Source: Parcubacteria group bacterium GW2011_GWA2_36_10 (GTDB lineage Bacteria > Patescibacteriota > Patescibacteriia > UBA1558 > GWA2-36-10). From it: a stretch of 47,664 nt of DNA. Shown here piece after piece: positions 39,324 to 46,335 of this stretch (the stretch's first letter is position 1; every line of letters begins with the position of its first letter). The notes below the pieces were generated by a model. The model was not told where the DNA came from. It worked only from the letters and a program-made list of their open reading frames with translations, and made no database searches. The position numbers were made by a program, and so were the translations under genes. The stretch is taken from NCBI GenBank assembly GCA_000991205.1, contig LBRC01000001.1:1-47664 (forward strand). The letters run 5' to 3'.

Positions 39324-40415
39324 TTATAGCTGAACTTCTATCTCCTGCTCTAGCTCATTTCTGGAGATTTTTAAAAGTATTTTATCGCCTGGACGATAAC
39401 TTTGAATAATAGAAGTCAAACTACGCTCGGCTGTAATCACTTCATTATTTACCGCTACTACTTGATCACCTACTTTTAAGCCCGCTTTAGCAGCCACGCT
39501 ATTAGCTGTCACCGCTGATAACTGCGCGTGATACAACAAATGTCCTTTTTGGTTAAAGCCGGCTTGATTTTCAAAATCAAAGTAATACAAACCTAAACTT
39601 GGTCGTTGAGTTTGAGATAACAATGATTTGACAGCTTGTTTCAAATATTCGGCTGGAATTAACAACTTATCTTGTTTTACTTGATAAAAAACTCCCAGCA
39701 CATCACCTTTGACATTAAAAAATGGCGTGCCAGCTAAATTAGTACTTTCTGCTTGATCACCTAGACGTAAATAATAGTCTACTTTATCAGTCGATAAAAA
39801 CTGTTCTATTTGATAATGCTCATGAGCCAAATAATCTCGATAAAAAACATGCTCCATGCTTTCGGCTAAATCAAAATTAGTAAAAACTGTTTCACCAACG
39901 GCTAGTTTACTAGTTAATTGAAAATCAATCGGCTGTAAAAAGTCAGCTTCAATCTTTACAAAAACTAAATTAGTAAAATCATCAGACTTTGTTTCTTTGA
40001 TCGGATAAATTTGATCACCCAAGACAATCATTTCTTTGCCTGTCTTTACTACTTGGTCAGTGGACATCAGCCAACCATCAGAAGTCACCACGGTCGCTGC
40101 GCCTAAATAATCTTCAGGCAAAAAAGTCATTTGCTTTATTTTTGGTAAAATAGCTTTAGCAGTATAGACGCCAGCTACACTTTGCTCATATTTTCTAGCT
40201 AAATCAGTCAATGGCTGTTCTAAATTCACCGTAATATTACGGTTAAAATCACCTAAAGGATTTAAGCCTGCCTTATCCCAAGACAAAGCCTGCATCGCCC
40301 AAAAACCTAAAGCTCCACCAATGACGGCAATTGTGACGGTCAATAAACCCAAATTCACCAAAGATGGCGGACGATTAGTAGTTGGTCTTTCAAAATGTGG
40401 TTGTCTTTCTTCCAT
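39324..40415 (-). CDS. HtrA/DegS-like trypsin-fold plus PDZ membrane protein, catalytic triad degenerate
   Basis: N-terminal TM; VVTSDGWLMSTDQVV, TNLVFVKI, LAGTPFFNVKGDVLG; PDZ RPSLG...AAKAGLKVGDQVVAVN. Confidence 0.8.
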   Translation of the reverse strand: MEERQPHFERPTTNRPPSLVNLGLLTVTIAVIGGALGFWAMQALSWDKAGLNPLGDFNRNITVNLEQPLTDLARKYEQSVAGVYTAKAILPKIKQMTFLPEDYLGAATVVTSDGWLMSTDQVVKTGKEMIVLGDQIYPIKETKSDDFTNLVFVKIEADFLQPIDFQLTSKLAVGETVFTNFDLAESMEHVFYRDYLAHEHYQIEQFLSTDKVDYYLRLGDQAESTNLAGTPFFNVKGDVLGVFYQVKQDKLLIPAEYLKQAVKSLLSQTQRPSLGLYYFDFENQAGFNQKGHLLYHAQLSAVTANSVAAKAGLKVGDQVVAVNNEVITAERSLTSIIQSYRPGDKILLKISRNELEQEIEVQL

Positions 40416-40428
40416 AAAATTTATTTAG

Positions 40429-40461
40429 CTTATTTTTCCCGCGATGCGGGAAAAATATAGC
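40429..40461. repeat. Triloop hairpin repeat R1 (33-bp direct repeat with R4)
   Basis: TATTTTTCCCGC-GAT-GCGGGAAAAATA, 12-bp stem. Confidence 0.85.
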
Positions 40462-40486
40462 AGTTTTACATATTAATCGCTACTTA

Positions 40487-40504
40487 TCCCATCGCGAAGC
40501 GGGA
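40487..40504. repeat. Degenerate triloop hairpin repeat R2
   Basis: TCC-cat-CGC-GAA-GCG-GGA, preceded by CTACTTA as in R4. Confidence 0.55.
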
Positions 40505-40535
40505 CAAAAAGCAAAACTATATTAATATTATCTCT

Positions 40536-40562
40536 TATTCTCCCACCGAAGGCGGGAGAATA
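40536..40562. repeat. Triloop hairpin repeat R3
   Basis: TATTCTCCC-a-CC-GAA-GG-c-GGGAGAATA. Confidence 0.75.
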
Positions 40563-40578
40563 TATAGATTTTTATTTT

Positions 40579-41037
40579 TTAATGCGCTAAAACAATTTGT
40601 GTTTCAGCGACATTAAGTATTTTCTTTTTATGTAAAATATTAGTTAATTTATCTACTCTTTTGTGTTTATAATTATGCTCCACTCCAAACTCAGCAAATT
40701 TATCATCCAAGTCTGTCTTTCTTACTAATCGTGTATTTATAGTAACCTTTATATCTTTTAGATCTCCTTCTACATTACTTAAAGAGTTTTCGATTTTTTG
40801 AAAACGTTGTTCGTCAAGTTCGGCGGTTTTCAATATAACATCTAAAATCTCATTCTTTTGATCTTCTAACTTTTGATCCATAGCCACCAAAATCTCATCT
40901 TTTTGGATCGATAATTTTTGATCAATGTTTTGATTAACAGCTGTTAAAATATCGTCTTTTTGGATCGATAATTTTTGATCAATGTTTTGATTGATGGCCT
41001 GTAATAACTCTTGATTTGTGATTTCACTTTTCTTCAT
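40579..41037 (-). CDS. Hypothetical coiled-coil protein with internal 19-aa tandem repeat
   Basis: NQNIDQKLSIQKD(D/E)IL twice plus a degenerate third copy; 38 identical bp at 40898-40935 and 40955-40992. Confidence 0.75.
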   Translation of the reverse strand: MKKSEITNQELLQAINQNIDQKLSIQKDDILTAVNQNIDQKLSIQKDEILVAMDQKLEDQKNEILDVILKTAELDEQRFQKIENSLSNVEGDLKDIKVTINTRLVRKTDLDDKFAEFGVEHNYKHKRVDKLTNILHKKKILNVAETQIVLAH

Positions 41038-41064
41038 AAAGTTTTTCTTTAATTATTATATCTA

Positions 41065-41097
41065 CTTATTTTTCCCGCGACGCGGGAAAAACATAGC
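41065..41097. repeat. Triloop hairpin repeat R4 (33-bp direct repeat with R1)
   Basis: CTTATTTTTCCCGC-GAC-GCGGGAAAAACATAGC; 31/33 identical to 40429-40461. Confidence 0.85.
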
Positions 41098-41108
41098 CTT
41101 TTATAATT

Positions 41109-41834
41109 TTAAAAAATAGCACTAATAAATAATAAAATAATTACTCCCAAAAAGCCCAAGAAATAACGAATATAGTGTCTTAGATGGCTTAAGTACCATT
41201 CTAGCACAAAAAACCACCAAAGTGTAGCCACAGTACCAGCTACATAGAAGCTAATTGGCAACAAATATAGGGCCACTAATATCTCACCTAAAGTCAATAA
41301 AACCAGCCAAATTAAACCTTTATTTTCTATTTCTGGCACTAAAGCTAAAATATCTTTGGTCCAAAAATAAGCAGCTAATAATAAAAATATTAAACTATAA
41401 AATAAAGAAAAAGAAATAAAGATAATCAAGTAATAAAAACTACAGGCCAGTAACCAAAAAGAAAAATAATATAAAAAACGATTAAAGGCTAAATAGTCTG
41501 GGTCATTAATATTTTTCAATTTCTTAAAATAAGTAGCCAACAACCAAAAAATAACTCCCCACAATACCACCACGCCAATCATGAGCCAATAACGCAAAAT
41601 ATCGTTAGTTAATAAAATCATAAACAAAATTTGTGAGATAAAAACTAAGCTCAGATTAAACCACAGCTGTAAAAAATTCCAAAAATATTTACCAGCTACC
41701 CAGTACTCCATTATCACTAAAATTAACAGTGAGATAACTACCACCCACCAAATAGAGCCTGGCTTGGTAAAAAATCGCCAGAAATTTAAGGCTAATAGCA
41801 AGGGTGTTAAAAAAATTGGTAAAATTTTATTCAT
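41109..41834 (-). CDS. Hypothetical multi-pass membrane protein
   Basis: 241 aa, about 8-9 hydrophobic segments, no motif recognised. Confidence 0.75.
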   Translation of the reverse strand: MNKILPIFLTPLLLALNFWRFFTKPGSIWWVVVISLLILVIMEYWVAGKYFWNFLQLWFNLSLVFISQILFMILLTNDILRYWLMIGVVVLWGVIFWLLATYFKKLKNINDPDYLAFNRFLYYFSFWLLACSFYYLIIFISFSLFYSLIFLLLAAYFWTKDILALVPEIENKGLIWLVLLTLGEILVALYLLPISFYVAGTVATLWWFFVLEWYLSHLRHYIRYFLGFLGVIILLFISAIF

Positions 41835-41839
41835 AAAAT

Positions 41840-42355
41840 TTATCTTTTATCTAATGCTTTAATATATTTGTTTAAAAGAGGTGAAAAATGATTTTTATAT
41901 CTTCTTTGCAACTCTTTATTTTGCCAATCTTTTCCTGTGACACGTCCACGACACAAAGATGAACCGCATTTACATTTCCACTTTGAAACATATTTTTCAT
42001 TTGCTTCCCAAATTGCATAATCAACGGTAATTTCCTCACCTTTTTTAATTTTCTGTTTGGCAATCAAAGTATAAGCATCTGCCATCCAAACATTGGGCTC
42101 ACAAGAATGATTAATAAAATAACCATCATCATTACCTCTTACCTCAAAACTATAAAGATCATCATCCCATTGCATAACTAACATTTTCTTTTCCCGTGCC
42201 TTATCTGCTCCGACTTTATCTGTATAACCACAAGTACCAAAAATTATAAGTTTTTCACCTTTTTTGATAAAAGAATTAGCAAACATACCACTTCCCTCAA
42301 TAAAACTGTTATACACATCAACTTTTGGACTTCTCCAATCTTTTTTCAAATTCAT
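41840..42355 (-). CDS. SET-domain protein-lysine methyltransferase with post-SET cysteines
   Basis: GSGMFA, FINHSCEPN, GEEITVDY, CKCGSSLCRG. Confidence 0.93.
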   Translation of the reverse strand: MNLKKDWRSPKVDVYNSFIEGSGMFANSFIKKGEKLIIFGTCGYTDKVGADKAREKKMLVMQWDDDLYSFEVRGNDDGYFINHSCEPNVWMADAYTLIAKQKIKKGEEITVDYAIWEANEKYVSKWKCKCGSSLCRGRVTGKDWQNKELQRRYKNHFSPLLNKYIKALDKR

Positions 42356-42370
42356 AAAAAATTTCTCTAC

Positions 42371-42395
42371 TTTCCTCCGCCGAAGGCGGAGGAAA
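42371..42395. repeat. Triloop hairpin repeat R5
   Basis: Perfect TTTCCTCCGCC-GAA-GGCGGAGGAAA, preceded by CTAC. Confidence 0.85.
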
Positions 42396-42403
42396 TAAAC
42401 TAT

Positions 42404-43015
42404 TTATAATATTGTTTTAATTTTAATAATATCATTTATCAAAAAATCTGGTTTTGCTGCAGCTAAAATCTTTTCGTGCTGAAAACCCCATGTAATACCA
42501 ATCGTTTTAATACCCGCTTTTCTCCCAGCCTCCACATCACCGGAAGTATCCCCCATATAAAAACTTTGTTTTTTATCTAAATTAAATTCTTTAACTAGAG
42601 AACTAATGGCTATTTTTTTATCATGAACTTCACAAATTGTTTTTTTTATCAAATTTTCAAGGCCAGATTTTTTAATTTCTGGTATTAATTTTGACTGCCA
42701 ATCTGAACTTACAATAAATAATTTAAATCCTTTTTTATCTAAATAGTTAAATATTATTTTAACATGTTTATAAATTTTTGGATCGCCCGCCAAATGGATA
42801 TATTTTTCATATAACTTATCTTGTTTGTCTTTATCTAAATTAGGAAAATACTTATGCCAAAACTGCATATATGGCTGAGTAAAATTTAATCTAATTTCAT
42901 TTTTATTAATTGGTTTTTTATCCAGCTCAATAAACATGTTTTTGCAAACATAATAAAAACAATAAAAATTGTCACTTAAAGTTCCCGACCAGTCAAAAAT
43001 AACTGCTTTATTCAT
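42404..43015 (-). CDS. HAD-superfamily hydrolase (Gph-like)
   Basis: IFDWSGTL, IVSS, MGDTSGDVEAGRKAG, ITWG. Confidence 0.88.
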   Translation of the reverse strand: MNKAVIFDWSGTLSDNFYCFYYVCKNMFIELDKKPINKNEIRLNFTQPYMQFWHKYFPNLDKDKQDKLYEKYIHLAGDPKIYKHVKIIFNYLDKKGFKLFIVSSDWQSKLIPEIKKSGLENLIKKTICEVHDKKIAISSLVKEFNLDKKQSFYMGDTSGDVEAGRKAGIKTIGITWGFQHEKILAAAKPDFLINDIIKIKTIL

Positions 43016-43021
43016 AATAAT

Positions 43022-43474
43022 TTATTTACTAAATAATTCTTGCCCGACTTGTAATTTTAAACGTTGAATGGTGCCTGAAGGCAATTCTAGCACTTGATTG
43101 ACTGGCATCGGTGAAGTGTATAGAGGTAAGTCTTTCAAAGCTGTATTTTTAGCTAGCTTGGGCATGTTTTCAATATAAGCCATAATTTTACCGTCAAGTA
43201 GCCAAACTAAGTCAATGGCAAAATTCATTTCTTTCATCCAAAAAGATAGATTTTGTTTTTCTGGATAAATAAATAGCATGCCTTGATTTTGCTCTAAACC
43301 CTCTCTATTAGATAGTCCTTGGCGATATTGCTCGGGCGTTTTGGCTAAATCTAAGACAAAATCAACTCCTACTAAATTATAAGTTTGCTTTTCAAAAATC
43401 AAACTTTTTTGTCCACAAGCAGATAAAAATAAAATAAACGCTAATAAACAAAAAGATTTAATTTTGTTGGGCAT
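43022..43474 (-). CDS. DUF192 family protein, probable lipoprotein
   Basis: LSAC lipobox; QGLSNR, GMLF, FWMKEMNFAIDLVW, VLELPSG. Confidence 0.9.
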   Translation of the reverse strand: MPNKIKSFCLLAFILFLSACGQKSLIFEKQTYNLVGVDFVLDLAKTPEQYRQGLSNREGLEQNQGMLFIYPEKQNLSFWMKEMNFAIDLVWLLDGKIMAYIENMPKLAKNTALKDLPLYTSPMPVNQVLELPSGTIQRLKLQVGQELFSK

Positions 43475-44240
43475 TAGTTTTGTAGTTAAGCCAATAACTC
43501 AAAATAAACATCAGGCATAATAAAATAAGTAAAGCACTTAGTTTGGCTTTGGTAGTAAAGAATATAGAGACTGCCCCAAATAATAAAGCTAAAAAAGAAT
43601 ACAATAAAACTACTTGTCTTTGGGATAAACCTAGTTTTAATAAACGGAAATGCAAATGATGCTGATTATCGCCTTGCCAAAAAGCTTGTTTATTTTTTAG
43701 ACGTCGGATAATCACCCATAAGACATCTAAAGCTGGCAAACCCATCACTAATAAAGCCGTAGCTATTTTAGCTCCAGAAAGAATCGCTAAAACGCCTAAA
43801 CTAAAACCAATAAAAGTACTGCCTGACTCACCTAAAAAAATCTTAGCCGGATAAAAATTCCACACCAAAAAGCCTAAAATAGCACCAGCTAAACCAAGAC
43901 TTAATAGAGAAGTAGTAGAGCCAGACACATCCCAGCTCAAACTCACCAAAAAAATAATAAAACTAGCTACTAAACCCAAAGACCCAACTAAACCATCAAG
44001 ACCATCTAAGACTTTCGTGGTATAAGTCATGCCCAAGAGCCATAAAAAAGTAATGGCTAGCATCACTAAAATGCTCAAGTCACCAAAAAAATTTTCAAAG
44101 TACCAGACACCACCTTGCCAGCTAGTCAAGTATGAAACTTTGACACCACCTATCAGCATCACTACAGAGGCCAAAATTGGGCCCATGATGCTTATTTTAG
44201 CCTTTAAGGCATATTTATCGTCTAAAAATCCGCCAATTGC
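43458..44240 (-). pseudogene. WecA/TagO/MraY-family polyprenyl-phosphate HexNAc-1-phosphate transferase, N-terminus cut off by a sequence junction
   Basis: GGFLDDKY, LDGLDGL, WNFYPAKIFLGESGS, HHLHFRL. Residues upstream of IGGFLDD in the 475-aa ORF are unrelated. Confidence 0.85.
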
Positions 44241-44403
44241 GCGGGCAGCTAGTATTACTCTCAGCTTTTCGACGCTATATTGCCGTTTAATAAGTTTTTG
44301 AAATATCTGCTCAGCCAGTTTGGTACTCTTCAAAACACTGAAAACTCTTTGAATTAAATAGCCAATATCATAACCTTCAACGCTGTCTGCCTTTGCATGC
44401 TCA
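44240..44403. other. Junction segment of unclear origin between the two sequence types
   Basis: Reads EHAKADSVEGYDIGYLIQRVFSVLKSTKLAEQIFQKLIKRQYSVEKLRVILAARA, which is charged and helical and fits neither flanking protein; boundaries approximate. Confidence 0.55.
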
Positions 44404-45351
44404 CCATCAATCAGCCCAAGTTTGCCAGAACCTGTCACTTCAAGTATCTTAAACGTTACGCCCGGCCCATTAGTTATATCACCTAGCGTAATACTGTCGC
44501 CCGTATAAACAGGCTGGTTTGCACTTGTCGTTGAACCAACCAGAATGTTTCCTACAACACTGGTTGATGCAACGGTAGTTGAACCAAACACCTTGCCATT
44601 CGCAGTAAATACACCGGTATCATTACCCGATTCAACCAGCATAATGTTCCGTGCCACAATATCCTGGGGACCGACCGACAATATTGATCCTGTGGTCTGA
44701 TCAATAGCCTCAATCTGCACCCTGGATGTGCCTGTGCCTGGATTACCGGACAGCAAAACGCTCCGGTTTGAAAACCCAATTACATCTTTCCCAACGGGAT
44801 TTAAGTTCTCGTCAGGGTCGGTAATGCTCAAGCGTGTTTCCTGATGAGACGGTAAGGTATGCGTCTGACCCTGTTGATGTATCACCGCCCGTATTTGCTA
44901 CTAATTCTTTCAGGTTTAAACCTACCACAGATGTTCCTAAGCCAGGGAAGTTATGACTACCTGCACCAAAATCTTCGACATAACCAGAAATCGTGCCTAC
45001 AGGATACGTTGTTGATTGTGTCGATGCCGATGTAGTAAATATGGCACTGGCAGTACCTGTCTCTTGTAAGACAAAAGACGCTGAATTTGAACCTGCTTTT
45101 ACAGTCACGGTGATTGTATCCCGAGCACTGGTCGTATTTCCTGATGAATCAGTTACCGATAGCCAGGCGCGGTCAAAATCATTCGTACTGTCGCCATAGG
45201 ATGGAAAATAATTATCCCTGTCAAAACTACCCGTTGCGGCCTGTGCATTTGTAGACACACCCACCGCAAGGGCTACTGCCAGCATAAACACACTGACAAT
45301 GCTAAACCAACTTATTTTTTTACTTGTTTTCGGTCTTTCCATATCCGTCAA
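44404..45351 (-). pseudogene. 5' fragment of a secreted S-layer-like protein, broken by a frame change near 44830 and truncated near 44400
   Basis: Signal peptide ending AQA; VTDSSGN...LQETGTASAIFT, then in another frame ITDPDENLNP...LVESGNDTGVFT; AAGGAG Shine-Dalgarno upstream (ATG 45342 or TTG 45351). Confidence 0.65.
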
Positions 45352-45420
45352 TTCTCCTTTTTTATTGAAACTAACAAGACCAGAATTAAAGATAAATTCA
45401 CTGTTCTCTATTCTTTAATT

Positions 45421-45476
45421 GCAGAGGCAGATTTAAAACCTGTCTCTACTTTAGACGCACTGCAGTGCGTCCCTAC
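45421..45476. repeat. Two adjacent GTAG-type REP elements
   Basis: Minus strand GTAGAGACAGGTTTTAAATCTGCCTCTGC (45421-45449) and GTAGGGACGCACTGCAGTGCGTCT (45453-45476): GTAG followed by a palindrome. Confidence 0.7.
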
Positions 45477-45797
45477 AACTAAAAATACCTTTGATCTCCC
45501 AATCAACTTCAACCCCTTTTCACCTCTCCACCACCTCCTTCTTTGAGAAAATGGCCAGGCAAGAGATGGGAAAAAACTAAGTGTTGATTTACTGCAACGA
45601 TTGCTGTTTTGCCGCACTGCCAGCCACACTCCTTCGTTCGCACAGCACAATACACCGGGGGCCACCGATGTACCTGTATTGCAGGAGAATCAAGTGTTGT
45701 TTTTCCCGATATCTTCCTCCTTTCTTCTAATAAATGCAAGATGATTTAATCTAAAATGTTTACTGATATGCCGTAACTGCTATTTTCAGACTGTGGG

Positions 45798-45826
45798 AAT
45801 ATAACATGCAAATATTTTCACGTCAA
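45798..45826 (-). promoter_or_regulatory. sigma70-type promoter toward the second S-layer-like gene
   Basis: TTGACG, 17-nt spacer ending TGT, TATATT. Confidence 0.55.
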
Positions 45827-45980
45827 CAAAAAAATTAAAAAATTTATGCTTTTTTACAATTATCTGCAGGGGTTAAAACTCTGAAATTTTTTCTATTTTG
45901 TGTAATATTTCAGAAAGCCTTCATTAAAATGGGTGTTTATTGCAAAAATTTACCGGGTCTTTCTGCAAAGGTGTTTTTGT

Positions 45981-46009
45981 TTGACTTCTCATCACCGCCT
46001 TGTTATTAT
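45981..46009 (+). promoter_or_regulatory. sigma70-type promoter toward dnaA
   Basis: TTGACT, 17-nt spacer ending TGT, TATTAT. Confidence 0.55.
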
Positions 46010-46178
46010 TTCGACTCATTATTGTTAGTCTATCATTGGATTATGCCTTCGGCAACTTTAAAATACACATTTTCACGACAGCGCGCCACCCACTTCTCCC
46101 CAGCCAGCTGGGGACAGATGGTTGTCCGCCTCAGCATTGGGGATTAAGGGTGAGGCGCATTTGTTTGAATTTCCTCTG

Positions 46179-46244
46179 TGCTGGTTCAGGGCTTGAGGCC
46201 TGAACCGAAACATTTAGGTTCAATCGGGGACGATTGAACCAGCA
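46179..46244. repeat. REPIN-like inverted hairpin doublet
   Basis: TGCTGGTTCA...TGAACCAGCA enclosing hairpins GGTTCAGG/CCTGAACC and GGTTCAATCG/CGATTGAACC. Confidence 0.65.
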
Positions 46245-46252
46245 AAAGAAAC

Positions 46253-46299
46253 GTAGCGCGAACTTTAGTTCGCTTATAATGAACTAAAGTTCGTGCTAC
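46253..46299. repeat. GTAG-type REP inverted doublet (REPIN)
   Basis: GTAGCGCGAACTTTAGTTCG-cttataa-TGAACTAAAGTTCGTGCTAC. Confidence 0.75.
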
Positions 46300-46335
46300 T
46301 ATGGTAATTTTGAAATTCCTTTAATTATTTCACTC

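Noticed and set aside
40429..42395. Hairpin repeats as a CRISPR array or intrinsic terminators
   Set aside because: Spacing is irregular with whole genes in between, copies are divergent, no cas genes are present, and no U-tract follows the stems on either strand.
43458..44885. 475-aa ORF as a genuine S-layer-WecA fusion protein
   Set aside because: Its start is out-of-frame sequence of the upstream gene, WecA lacks its first TM helices, and composition changes mid-ORF; best explained as a junction.
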